Assembly (NCBI GenBank): GCA_964016885.1
Contig: OZ024740.1
Location: forward strand, 166,656,001-166,720,000
Origin: Eledone cirrhosa
Lineage: Eukaryota
Reading direction: 5' to 3'
DNA length: 64,000 bases
Shown: positions 16,010-29,375 of the stretch, one piece after another
Position numbering within the stretch: position 1 is the first letter of the stretch
Layout of the letters: each line of letters opens with the position of its first letter
Position numbers and translations under genes: made by a program
The notes under the pieces: generated by a model
Told to the model about the DNA's origin: nothing
The model's input: only the letters and a program-made list of their open reading frames with translations
Database searches by the model: none

Positions 16010-16091
16010 ACTTCCTGATGACGCAATGAATTCTCGACAGTTGGATTACATAACTGTCTTTATCCCATTGCAGAAACTAATTAGTTGGAGT
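16010..16091 (+). ncRNA. Type I hammerhead ribozyme (family A, copy 1)
   Basis: ACTTC-CTGATGA-CGCAATG..CATTGCA-GAAA-CTAATTAG-TT-GGAGT; palindromic stem III ACTAATTAGT; predicted GUU cleavage after 16086; C.A mismatch at the base of stem II. Confidence 0.75.
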
Positions 16092-16566
16092 GAAGATTTA
16101 AGTAAGAAAAAAATTTTTTTTAAATTTTTTTAAAAAAATATTTTCTTATTTTACGTCCTTTATATTATTGTTCTGCATTCTCCTGCATTGAACCACCTAG
16201 GTACTATGACATAACCTGTGTATTTGCTGGCATGGGCGTGCATCTGTGCGCTTATGTTAGTTGATATATTAAATTATCTATATTTATCTCCAAATCACTG
16301 ATTTGTCGAGCAAACTTGTCAAAACCACTTCTAAAAAAATTTTTTTTGGGGTGTTAGTAGGCGTCAGTCATCTTACCATCCCATTCCTTCTAACTAGCCT
16401 CTGTGTCACGTGATTGATTCTTTAGAATCGGCCATTTGACTTGAAGCAGTGAGAATTTCGGTACATAGAATCCAGTCCTCGCAAGCTGTTCGATCTACCG
16501 AATTATTATTATTTTTATATGAGCCGCCAGTGTCCGCGCATTGCCTGGAGACTTAACTGAGAATAG

Positions 16567-16648
16567 ACTTCCTGATGACGCAATGAATTCTCGACAGTTG
16601 GATTACATAACTGTCTTTATCCCATTGCAGAAACTAATTAGTTGGAGT
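16567..16648 (+). ncRNA. Type I hammerhead ribozyme (family A, copy 2)
   Basis: Same sequence as 16010-16091; predicted cleavage after 16643. Confidence 0.75.
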
Positions 16649-16714
16649 GAAAATTTAAGTAAGAAAAAAATTTTTTTTAAATTTTTTTAAAAAAATATTT
16701 TCTTATTTTACGTC

Positions 16715-16768
<54 letters not shown>

Positions 16769-16894
16769 ATATTATATATATATATGTATATTATATATAT
16801 ATATGTATATATATATGTGTATATTATATATATATATATTCATATATATATATATATGGATATATATATGTGTGTATATTATATATATATATAT

Positions 16895-16957
<63 letters not shown>

Positions 16958-17028
16958 TATATGTATATATATATACATATATATATATATGTATGTATAT
17001 ATACATATATATATATACATATATATAT

Positions 17029-17470
17029 AACGCCGTGAGCGTTATATTATCTGCATGATGTGGAAATGTTCCATCATCACTGCCCAAATGATGTTGGCAT
17101 CGCCTTCAAGATACACACAAGGCTTGGGCCCCGTGCTATCCGTCCCATTCAAAAATCTAAATCGCAACTCATAACAACAATACGGCACAATTATTTCACC
17201 TCAATCGGCCCTGCTCTCTTCAACATCACACCAGGACACGTCAAAACAGAAACTGACCACACAAAATTCAAGAAGTCTTTGGACAAATTCCTCCAAGTAA
17301 TCCCGGACAAACCACCCACACCCGGATATGTCTCCGCAAACAGTAATTCTCTTCTCGAATGGGCCATGGTGCCCAAATCCTGAATTGAAAGACTTCGCCA
17401 GGTGGTGCTATTAAGTTAGACATGGACTGGGCCAATACTGGCCAAAACATTTCAAAGTTATTCAAAGTTA
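17029..17470 (+). mobile_element. 5'-truncated LINE 3' end, probably CR1/L2 group
   Basis: ORF 17060..17383 has GPALFN...[19 protein letters not shown]...NSL, typical of a LINE ORF2 C-terminus; ends in (TTCAAAGTTA)2; flanked by (TA)n. Confidence 0.7.
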
Positions 17471-17570
17471 TATATGTATATATATATATGTATATATATA
17501 TATGTATATTATATATATATATACATATATATATATGTATGTATATATATATATATATATATATGTATGC

Positions 17571-17606
<36 letters not shown>

Positions 17607-17690
17607 GTGTGTATATTATATATATGTATATATATATATATGTGTATATTATATATATATATACGTATATATATATATATGTGTGTATAT

Positions 17691-17749
<59 letters not shown>

Positions 17750-17774
17750 ATATTATATATATATATATATATAC

Positions 17775-17845
<71 letters not shown>

Positions 17846-17858
17846 CATATACAAATAC

Positions 17859-17895
<37 letters not shown>

Positions 17896-17920
17896 CATAT
17901 ATATATATATATATTTATAC

Positions 17921-17957
<37 letters not shown>

Positions 17958-19261
17958 TACATATACATATACACATATATATATACATATGTATATGAGT
18001 GTGTGCATGTGTCTATGTGTTTGTGTATATATGTATATGTATATATATATATGTATATATAAATATGTGTGCGTACGTGTGTGTGTGTGCGGTGTGTTCG
18101 TATTTGTTTGTGTGTTGAACTGTGTTCTGTCATCTGATTGTTTGTATGATTTTGAATTCCTATATATTAATGAATTTTATCTTTCAATTTAATGCTACAC
18201 AATTTTATCTAAAACTCTCTCTTAAATTAAGGTTAAATCATAGAATCTTGTCAGAAGGAAAGTTACTTGTAGGATCTCCGGTGCATACGTTTCCACAATT
18301 CTTTGAACAATGCCAATACGACCATTGTAATGTATTGTGGATGTTATTTATAGGTAAGTAGATTTATCAATGCTACATAAATGTAGATTATAGGCTGTAA
18401 ATCAGTATAGCTAAATTATACACAGACATACATGCAAACAAACGTAAGCACATAAAACACACGTGACTATCCATATATATGCATATATATTCATACATAT
18501 AAGTGAAAGTATTAACACGGGGGCGCTAGGATACTGGATTATATGTCTATATATATTCTGAGTTCAAGACCTACCGATGTCCATTTTAGCTTTCATAATT
18601 TCGCGAGTCTAGTATGAAAGCATCATTCCCGTTATGGTGTAGCCTTATTTCCATCCAGCTGTCACATCCTAGATATTCCACTAGATGAATGTATTTCTCT
18701 GTTCCTGACAGTATAGGCAACTACAACCCTTGGTGAAAGACTTGAACATACCACCATGTCACACTCGTTTTCTAGGGATGGATGTAGAATCATTAGTTAA
18801 TTTATTTATTTCATATGTTATATTGTAAATGCTGAATGAGAAGAGACGTGTGGACGTCGGAGAGAGTCTTTGAAATATTTCATTCAGCATTTGCGCTGTA
18901 TATACAAATTTCAATGGAGTTAACGTTATCTTTTATCCTTTCGCTGACAAGAAACAAGTAACTAATGAATGACTGGTTGGAATTTTCATTCTTATATATA
19001 CATATATATATATTTTCTTTTTCTTTTGAGGTTCACTTGAGCTAACAATGGCTATGGTCAGGTGTCTACAAACACACTCAAAAGAATTCCCTTTTCTTTA
19101 AAACCATCAACCAATGACCTCCACCCTCTCCTACCACTAGAAAAGATATAAATCCACCATATTACTTGGTCAGTCGGCTTTCTGGTGATTTCTCCCGAAT
19201 GAAACAGTTCTAATCCTTTTCTATATTAAATATATACATATATCTTACCACACCCTCTTTG

Positions 19262-19321
<60 letters not shown>

Positions 19322-20730
19322 CGTGAGCTGAAGACTTCCTAAAGCATTATGTTATATTATTCAGCTTCGATCCTCGAATGACTGTGTTCAATCGAATAAG
19401 GCGAAGATATATGTGTAATAAAAGATACACAAAATATTTGAATGTCGCAATTGCGTGCAAATAAAGTAGTTGGATTTCATTTATTATCTTAACGATCCTA
19501 CTGATTAACGAGAATGTTGATAGTTTCGGCTATGAAAGTTTTGATAAATAAAATATGCACATATAAAATGAGATACGAAGGGAAAATAAATAAATATGTA
19601 ATAAACATACGTAGAAATTCCGTGATTAGATAATATTATATGGGTTATAATTTAAAACGTATGTTGGCGAATGTGTAAACAAAATATAGAATTAGATTTG
19701 GTTAATACGAAAAAGGGAAATAATAATTAGCTCAGGAAAAATAAATCTACACAAATGGAATCCTTTCTTAGCCTGACTGACTGGATACGAGATTCAACGA
19801 TTTTCGATGATCTCTAAATACATATAGAATTATACTTTTAAGCATGAAATAAGTGTTACTTAGGAGCCTGATTATAGCATGATGCATGATAGAATATTAG
19901 ATTGTAAGATAATAGGAGAATTTTCGAAATATCCAGTTCCGTAGAAATGGCAACCTACCTTCTCTGTACATATATGTATCTTGTCTCCGGATATGTATTT
20001 ATGTGTGCCTATGTATATGTGTATATTTATGAGCGTGTGAATGCGTACATTATCAAAATAATTTCTCACATATATATACATATATATGACATATATATGA
20101 GAACTAGAATTGTTTCATTCGTATGAAGTCAGCACAGCATTCCTGATAATTTATAATGATGCCTATATTCTTCCAAAGTATTGAGTACCTTTTTAATAAT
20201 AACCAACATTTTCTTGCTCAACAAATTCAATTAGAAACACTATTTCCCTTTACGTATTGCTATTACTATCTTATATCGGATTTGAAAGGTTAAAACCAAG
20301 GATATGATAGGCAATACTGACTTCTGAGTCTTCCAACCTTCCAAAGTAATATTATAAGTGGCGTTTCGGTTGGTATTTAGTTTGTTAATAGCTGCAATAT
20401 CTAGTCCAAAATGACTAGCTCCAGGTTGAAACAGCTGTAGATGGTTTTAATGTATATTCTTATCAACCTTCCCTGTTCCAAAACGTTACCAATTATATTT
20501 AGCCACCCCATCAGTTGAGAATACTCCTATATCTATTTATCAAGAGACACTTGACCTCTCTTGGTAACAATTCAGAATTATATCAGTTAATTAGACATTT
20601 CACTAACTCCCCTTGTCTGTCTTTCTTTAATTCTTTGCCATTAGCTCCTTCTCTTCTACTCCTTCCCACAATTGCCTTTCTTTAGTTACATGTGTGCATG
20701 TAGATATATTAACCGATACGGACACACGCA

Positions 20731-20814
<84 letters not shown>

Positions 20815-21546
20815 TATGCACACACATTTACATACATAATTATACACAAGCATACACACACATACACACGCACACACATAAGCATATATATATATATATA
20901 GATATGTGTGTGTGTGTATGTATATGTATATTTATATATGTATATATGCCTAGGCCCACAGGGAAACATGTAGGCCTTACAGTTGATAGCACTTCCTTCA
21001 AATGCCGTGTAATATGTTGTGATATTAAAACATCCGTTTTTAACCTAACATTAATTAAACATATCTACGAAGGAATGACGATTAGACAACATTATACACA
21101 GTGCAATATTTTTTTCTAAAATTGGCACATGGTCAGCAATATGAAGTCTGTGAACAGGTTGTTATGTGAACAGCAGTAATTAACTGATATTTATTTTATC
21201 GTCGAAGGTAGGGTGAGAGAAGATGTTTTCCTTGGTTTGATTTACACTGAGAACATTATAAAATCTTAATTAAATACTACAAAATATTTTGTTCAACGCT
21301 CTATTGATACTGCCAATCGACCGCTCTATCACTGGGCATATCATCCAATCAACCATAAGCTTTCAGTCCCCAATTTGAAATGCCACTGCGAAGTAAACTG
21401 TGCGGGACCCATAATATATCCCTGCTTTACTTCACCACGTTTTGCTTCCCAACCATATTTACCCGAGCAACCATGCCACCATGAAAACATTTCAAAATAC
21501 TGAGAGTGTTTTCAAAACACCTAAGCCTCTCCACAAAGCCGCTCTA

Positions 21547-22310
21547 TTCACGGTGTTAAACTATTTGGTGAGATCAATATAGAATTGATACAAATCCATA
21601 TCTTGTTCTGAGGACTTCTCTCGCAATTGTTTGGTAGAAAAGATAATGGAAGCCGTAACACATCCCTCAGGACAACTAGATTGTGATTCCCGAAGAGAAT
21701 CTCTGGTAATGAGCATAAGCAACCGATCCAACACAATCCTGAATAAAATATTCCTTACCACAAAGGGCAAAGATATGTCTCATCTACGCCTTTCTTGCAA
21801 AGAGGCGCTATCAGGGAAGAAGATGGTCCGTAAACTTCACGTAAGATATTGTACATTTGCATTGTGTAATGTGAAGCTGATGTAACCTGAATCACATTGG
21901 TCTTCTTATTCCACCAAACATCTTTCATCTGACAAAACCTTTTAATTCTACACATACAATTAATACATCTGCTTTTACAGACGTATTTTCCAATGGTTTC
22001 AATGCAGTATCGAGATGATGAACGGAGCCTGGGCTGCTATGCCCAAGCTCCGTTCACCAGATGCTGTCCCTTCACCAGATACTGTTCCAAGGACCTTATT
22101 GCCATGCACTTGAAAACATAATGTTTCAGTTGCATCTGATCACCATTTACGGTTACTGTCAGCCATTCACATGATTCAAAGATCCTATGATATCGAGTGA
22201 TTTCTGTACGTGAAGGTTTTTCATAGTGCGGATAAGCCTTGCACTGCACCAATCGCATTCATTGAGCAACGATATAATCCGAAAAGAATGAGGAATCGAT
22301 ATCATCAGTT
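21547..22310 (-). mobile_element. Degenerate RTE-clade LINE reverse transcriptase fragment
   Basis: LITRDSLRESQ...QLREKSSEQDMDLYQFYIDLTK*FNTVN matches the RTE RT motif QLQEKCREQ..LY..FIDL.KAFDTV; stops and frameshifts present. Confidence 0.8.
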
Positions 22311-22589
22311 ATTATTGACCCTCAGGTCTTACAACTGAATTTCCCTAAGTGATCAGGGGTTACCCCTCCCGGTGGGATTACCACACACTCAGACACCAAA
22401 CTTAATATTTCTAGGTCATTGGGCATAATATACGTATATGTATATATCCACAGGGTGTCCAATAAGGCCCTCTTCCACAAGCAAGTTTGGCAGGTTTGCA
22501 GGTTTAGTCACCGACGACCCGACCAGGCCGCAGATTGTACTGGGTCACATGTTACATGTATGATATATCACCTGATATAGCATATATAC

Positions 22590-22626
<37 letters not shown>

Positions 22627-22627
22627 A

Positions 22628-22658
<31 letters not shown>

Positions 22659-22849
22659 CATATACATAGATGTATAATATATATATATATATATATATAT
22701 CGTTAATATGCATACGGAAAGTATATACTTTCAGACGTTCAATCATCTGGCAGGAAGGTATACGATGCTGACGATAGCTAATAAGCTTGGAACTACTACA
22801 TCGTTCCTTTGTCAGTGTTGAACAAAAGGGCAATGATGGTTGCTAAACA

Positions 22850-23013
22850 CTGTACGGCTTAATTCGGGCTGTTTGTTTACAGACAAACCGAACATTATAA
22901 TAGATGTTTGGCAAACCCATACGTACATATATATATATATATATGTGTGTATGTATGTATATATATACATACTACTGTACGTCTGTATACATATATGTAT
23001 GTACGTATACATA

Positions 23014-23015
<2 letters not shown>
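22850..23015 (+). repeat. Dispersed repeat, inverted copy at ~55925-56085
   Basis: Shared AATTCGG..TGTTTGTTTACA.ACAAAC and CATACTACTGTACG.CTGTATA. Confidence 0.75.
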
Positions 23016-23059
<44 letters not shown>

Positions 23060-23156
23060 CATAACATATATGTACGTAAATGTATATATTTGTATAAATG
23101 CATGGGTTGATGTATGTACGTATGTATGCACCTATTTATGTGTCTATGTATGTATG

Positions 23157-24186
23157 TTCTTCTGGTTTTATAATTTCACAAATGTTTACCAATACAGAGA
23201 GCGTCGGTTTCTAACGTAGATACGAGACTCTATCGCTGGAATGTATACACCATCAACTAGGTAGCTATGTATGCATGTCAGCATACATGTGTGTGCAGGT
23301 ATCGATGTTATTGTATGTGTGGGTGTGTATATTTTGAGTTATATGTGTGCATATGTATAGGCTTTGTATCTGTAAATGTGTACATGCAGTTATATGATGC
23401 AGAATGTTTGGAATGTTTTACATAATTTTACAGTTCTATTAATGGATTGTACTTGTAATGTTGTAACTAATCATGTTCTAACTGTTTCTGTGAAGCCCAG
23501 CTTCTCAAGATTTGTATTGAGGCAGTAACTAACATATCCCAGTGCCCCCAACATCAAAGGCATAAATCTGAAGGTATTGTCAGGGTGGAGTATCTGCAGA
23601 TTTCTCATTAGTTCTGCATAGATATTCTCTTTTTCGCAAATCTTTGATATTATATGGCCATCTGCTGGGCAGCTAACTTTCAATATCGTTTATACCTTCT
23701 TTTCCCTGTCCCATATCACTATATCTGGTCTGTTATGCCTGCATTTTATTGGAGATTTTACAGGAACATTCTACCAGTGCTCTTTCATATTATGTATATG
23801 TATTCCTTCCACATTGATGTACCTTTTAATGTGTTTAATGTCGGGGTTATCCTTTTTACGGATTACATTGTCCAGTGTTTTGGTCACTACGTCATGCCTA
23901 ATAGGTAGATAGTACCGTAATGACATCTTTGGACAGCTGCTTATGACATGGGTGACATCTTAGATGTTAATTCTGCAGAATCTGCACATGTTGTCACAGT
24001 TGTTTTGCCTGCATCCCTATGTATTTTGTGTATCAGGTAGTTGGTGTTAATTTCCTGTTCTTGGATTGCAAAATCATATCCGTCAAAGTGGGAGCCTATA
24101 TAGCGGTCGTTGGTCGACTATAGACTACTTTGCTTATCTGTATTACTCTCACTCTGCATCTTTCTGGCAACATTCTTGCTGATAAG
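23157..24186 (-). mobile_element. 5'-truncated R4/Dong-like (RLE) non-LTR retrotransposon
   Basis: Minus strand encodes a CRFC..DVTHVISSCPKM..Y..RHD CCHC knuckle and VSCPAD..I..K..EKENIY.EL...GALG restriction-like endonuclease, followed by a 3' UTR ending in (CATA)-type repeats. Confidence 0.8.
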
Positions 24187-24280
24187 TATGTATGTATGTA
24201 TGTATGTATGTATGTATGTATGTATGTATGTATGTATGTATGTATGTATGTATGTATGTATGTATGTGTGTATGTATGTA
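24187..24280. repeat. (TATG)n microsatellite
   Basis: ~23 units between the two RLE-element copies. Confidence 0.95.
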
Positions 24281-24590
24281 TTTTCTTCTGGTTTTATAAT
24301 TTCACACACTTTTACCAATAGAGAGAGAGAGAGTCGGTTTCTAACATAGACACAAGACTCTCTCATTGGAATTTACACAACATCAACTAAGTAGACATGT
24401 ATGCATGCCTGCATGTGTAGATATGGATGTTATTGTATGTGTGGATGTGTATGTTTTGAGTTGTATGCTTTGTATCTGTAGATGGGTATATGCAGTTTTT
24501 AGATGCACATTTTCGGAATGTTTTACATATTTTTACTGTTCCATTAATGGATTGTACTTGTAATTTCCTAACTAGTTGTGTTCTTTCTGT
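24281..24590 (-). mobile_element. Second, shorter 3' end of the same R4/Dong-like family
   Basis: Diverged direct repeat of 23157-23485; encodes LVRKLQVQSINGTVKICKTF, the ORF C-terminus. Confidence 0.8.
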
Positions 24591-26427
24591 TGCATGTATG
24601 TGTCTATGTATGTATGCATTTATGTTTGTACGTGTGTGTTTCATTTTAAATGTCCATTTTAGTATACTCTAGAGAAGTATGATTCGGCACATGCCGTATC
24701 GCATATGCACTAATTAAAAGTTGATGATATACTCTCTAATTGATCAGCGGTTCGGGATATTTGTGGTCTTCCAGGATCCTGGAGTTACTGGAATAATTAG
24801 AAACTATGAGTCGTGACGTAAGTATTTATTTTCGTTGAACGAACGCATATTTAGATTTATGAATTGGTATAATATATGACAAAAATCTTTGTATTGTATA
24901 GTGCATTTTACTCTATGTAAACTAATGTTTCGTTCTTTTTTGTAAGGATGTGACTTATGAGAGATTTGGTTGGAATTACTATTAGAGAAAGTGGCCATAC
25001 AACCACTACCTTGTCTCGTATATATGATGTAAAGTGTACTGACTGAGTGGATATGGAACATGAGGAAACTGGTGATTGCTTCGCCAAAACGTTTTCGATG
25101 TTGGTGTTCGTGAAGAATTGGATACGTCCAATTTTTGTAAGGAGTAAATCATTTTTTTCCCCAGAAATGTTCGTATAAAGTGTCGCATCTACTGGAAATG
25201 AATATTGTCGATCATCAATATACGGTACACATGACGAACCCTGTCTCATTAAGTGAGAAGAGACATCGTAGTTTGCAATAATAAGTCGTATCACCAAAGT
25301 ACACCAGCCTTGTGTAATTAATATCGATACCTGTGAATTGTATAGTGTGATGATTTTTTGTTGAAGGAAGTTTTTTGAAATTTGTTTCCATGCTCGTTGG
25401 TTATAGATACTAGTGTTATATCTTAGCGATGTGTATTCTATTGTTTATATTGCATATTAGATCACCCGTACGCATGTAAAGGGGAAACTTCGTGAGTTAT
25501 ATTTTATTTCAAATTACTTCTATTAAATTACAATTTAAATAGATATTTGGGATAATGAGTGTGATTATATGTGAGAATTTAAGCATCTTTTGACATGTTT
25601 TCATTTTATTGATACACAGCTAATCAAACTGTCATCTGCATACAACATTTTTCGGGAATATACTTTTACATTGGTACGTTCAATACAATGGCATATTTTT
25701 GCGACCGAGTTCCTAGAAATTAAGATATTTCACGAATTTGTTTTATTTCTCTTTAGTAGACAAGTAATCGATTCGAATGTAGTTTACGGTATGTATTCAC
25801 AGTAAACAAGACTAATTAATATGCTAATATAAATGGGTTTTGTGGCTTGAATTAGAATGACTACAACAATTAGCTGTTGTGATGTAAATGAGGTTATTAT
25901 ATGTAATGGTTCATATATCTAAATTTATGTTAATTAATGAAATATAAATCAATGTTTTATATCTGTTTTGTGACGACATTAATGATTTTTGTGACCCAAT
26001 AATGTGCATAGCTTTGTCTGCAATAGTTGAAATGTAGTATTTTCCCTGTAGTACATTGTTATAAAACGTTATAGAATTGTCTTTCACAACATTCCATGGA
26101 ACTAGTAACATAGAAAGCATCTTTTAAATATACACTGAATCAATGAAATATATAACGGTAGTATGGGACATAGAGCTAGTTATGTTTATGTAAAAAAAAA
26201 TCTACTCAGTTGCAAATATTCAAGCACGTATACATTCGTTTAAATTTTGTAATAACGCATGACTAACATTGTGTTCCTATATAGATAGATAGTTTCAATT
26301 ATAGCACTTTATTAATAAAAATGTGTTCAATAAGATAGGAATTTTTTCATAAATAAATGATAATCGAATATGCCATACGGTTGACGATATATATATATAT
26401 ATATAACCAAGATATATTGCTTTCTAA

Positions 26428-26612
26428 ATAATTGTTTCTACTTTTGGCACAAGGCCAGCAATTATCCAGTACATTACTGGTACTTTATTTTATCGACCCC
26501 GTAAGGATGAAAGGCAAAGTAAACCTCGGCGGGAATTGAACTCAGATCGTAAAGGGACGTAACTATGCTGGAAAGCATATCCTACCCTCTACCGATACTG
26601 CCAATTCACCGG
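26428..26612 (-). mobile_element. tRNA-derived SINE, near full length
   Basis: A-box-like TGGCAGTATCGG, B-box-like GAGTTCAATTCC, family core. Confidence 0.9.
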
Positions 26613-28617
26613 ATGGGACCACAGGGTTTCTTTTAATTTGGTGGACCCAGTCCTATTTCAAATCTTAACAGCTGAATAGAGCGAGAAAGTACTTTAGAAA
26701 CAGGACTGGACCAACTTACATATTACCGTCTTAATAAAAGAAAAGGACCCACTGCGTAATATAGTTCTTCATATTCATAAAAGAGATGGCGAACACTCCT
26801 CGACATTAGTTTATAAATCTAATAATGGATAGATATTTTACTTCTGTTAACGCATCTAGTTTCGATAAGGTTTTGTTAAAACACCAATCGCAAGGCATAG
26901 ATTCGATGGACAATATCCTTGAAAACGTTATTCAATGGGAATATAATAACTTTAACGCTTTCGGCAGAACCAACCTACAATGGCAATCGAAATCAAGCAA
27001 GCAGACTCGTACATCACTCACTCAGGCTATAACTAAATCATAAATGAATCCCTAGGAAACAATGTCTCATATATTATGGTGACTCATTGCGTTACGAAAA
27101 TTAGTATCCTATTTAGGAATAAAAAAATAATTAAATATTGTTGATTTGCTGAATATTTACTAAGCAAAAATTGATTCCAACCTGGAGTATTCCTCCATTG
27201 TATGGTAACGTGCGGTTGTTGTTACAGATCAGAACCACATTAAATACTCGAAACTGATTCACAAACCAATATGTTATAATCAATAGCTTGCATACACACA
27301 TTTCTCTCTAACCCTTGTCTATTCGTCACTAATATCCAGCAGTATTACATCCTTAGAATTCTATCTTCTGCAGTTCCCCCCAGGAAACTGCGTATTTTCA
27401 CTTTGTTGTAAACAGAGGTCTACATATTCTCAAAGTGAACATCAGCTACACCAATATCCTCAGTCTGACAGAGTCTTTATGGGTCAGTTGCACTTACTCT
27501 TCTCTCCCTACAAATGTATATAGAAAACATTATAATAATATAAAACAGCGCACGTTAAATCTTTTGTGAATGAATAAATGAAATATCTAAATTTGGCCAA
27601 CATTGTAACTGTAAACTGGCTTATTATGAAATACTGGTTAATATAACTTGCTACGGAAGCTTCCTACGCAGGAATTCTCAAATAACTTTGTCCTAATCGG
27701 AACAGCAACGCATAATAAATGGATTATTTTGTCAATAATTTTCTCTTTGCTATAAAAGAGAAGGGCTAATTTAATTTCCTTATATTTCGCTGTCATCAAT
27801 CTTTCACAAACTAATATTTGTATGTTCACTTATATATCAGATGTCACAAGTCATAGGTCAAAGTTGATATATTACATTAGAGATGTCATCCAATCGATGG
27901 ATTGTTTTCATTGAGATGAGAATACAATTATTATTATCCTTATTATTTTTCATTTTATTACTGCCATCACGGTCCCCATTGTCTCTGTCGCCGTCGTTAC
28001 AATTGTTCTTGCTGATGGTTTTATTATTATTTATGCTTTTGTTATTGTTGCTGATAATGTCGTTGTTGAAATTGTTGTTATTGTTGTTGCTACTGCGTTT
28101 ACTCTTGGTTTGTTTTGTGTAGTTGATGTTGTGCTAACCAGATTGTTTAAATCGATATTACTGATGTTTTTAATTTAATTTCTTATTTTTTATTATTTCT
28201 TTTATTATTGTTGCTGTAGCTGTTGATATTTTATGTTTTTGTCGTTTACTTGGGTTCTGCTGTTGTTGTTATTCTGATAGTTTTGTTTTTTGTGTCAGTG
28301 TAGTCGTTATAAGTTATAAAAAAGCAGTTACTATCAGATTCCTATTGCTTATATGCTAATATCCTTTCTTGTAAATCGTTTTTTTTTCATAATCTGTTTC
28401 ATATGAAGAAAGTACTTTCGTGCTTTTGACTGTAACTTACTAGTTTTATGTTATAAGCTATTTTTTAAATATGTATTTCTTTATTTTTGCATTATTCACA
28501 AATCATATATATAATTTTTTTCCTGCAAAGAAATTGTTGATGTTTGTCAATTATTTATTTATTTTATATATTTCCCGTTATTTTATGGTTTGTTGCCACT
28601 GACAGGAATGCAATGAT

Positions 28618-29123
28618 TATAATTGTTCCTACGTTAGGCACAAGGCCAGCAGATACCCAGTGCATTACTGGTACTTGATTTTATCGACCCCGTAAGGATG
28701 AAAGGCAAAGTTAACCTCGACGGGATTTGAGCTCAGAATGGCAAGGGCCGTAACTCTATACGTCAAAGCATGGCGTCCGACCCTATTTAGGCACAAGACC
28801 AGCAATTTGAAAGGGGGGGGTATCGATTAAATCGACTGCAGTGCAATACTGGTGATTTATTTTATCGACCCCGTAAGGATAAAAGGCAACACTTAACTTC
28901 GGGGAGATTTGAAATCAGATCGTAAAGCGCCATAACATTATGCCGCAATGCATATTATCCGACGCTCTACCGACACTGCCAATCCACCGCCCTTAATGAT
29001 TTCTACTATTGGCACAACGCCAGAGAGGGGAAAGACGATGGAGTCGATCCCAGTGAATTACTGATGCTTTCATTTTATCGACCCCATAAGGAAGAAAGAC
29101 AAAGCTAACCTCGGCGGGATTTT
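28618..29123 (-). mobile_element. Cluster of three head-to-tail SINE copies
   Basis: Core TTTTATCGACCCC(G/A)TAAGG occurs three times (~28680, 28861, 29073). Confidence 0.9.
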
Positions 29124-29256
29124 GTTGTCGTTAGTGTTATTGCAGTTGCTGCATCTGTTGCTAAAGTAGCGGGGGTGGCACTTAACCGTGGTTATTAGAA
29201 ATGGTTATGAAGTATATTCGCAAACTTTCTCTTTTACACACAAGGACCACTACTAT

Positions 29257-29332
29257 TGCTGCTGTTGCTGCTACTACTACCACTACAACTACCACCACTA
29301 CTACTACTACTACCACCACTACTACTACTACT

Positions 29333-29372
<40 letters not shown>
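29257..29372. repeat. (CTA/CCA)n trinucleotide microsatellite
   Basis: Direct inspection. Confidence 0.95.

Positions 29373-29375
<3 letters not shown>

Larger units (their letters stand above)
15785..16722 (+). mobile_element. Retrozyme-like / tandem-pLTR non-coding element: two ~380-bp direct repeats 557 bp apart, each with a hammerhead
   Basis: 15785-16165 is repeated at 16342-16722 (G/A difference at 16095/16652); unique spacer 16166-16341; embedded in (TA)n on both sides; no ORF. Confidence 0.75.

Noticed and set aside
18825-18891. 13-bp inverted repeat enclosing GAGAAGA..GAAATATTTC as a hammerhead
   Set aside because: Core lacks C3/U4 and stem II does not abut GAAA; at best a decayed relic
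20400-20445. GAAACAGCTGTA with palindromic stem III as a hammerhead
   Set aside because: No CTGANGA upstream and no stem I; probably a decayed pLTR
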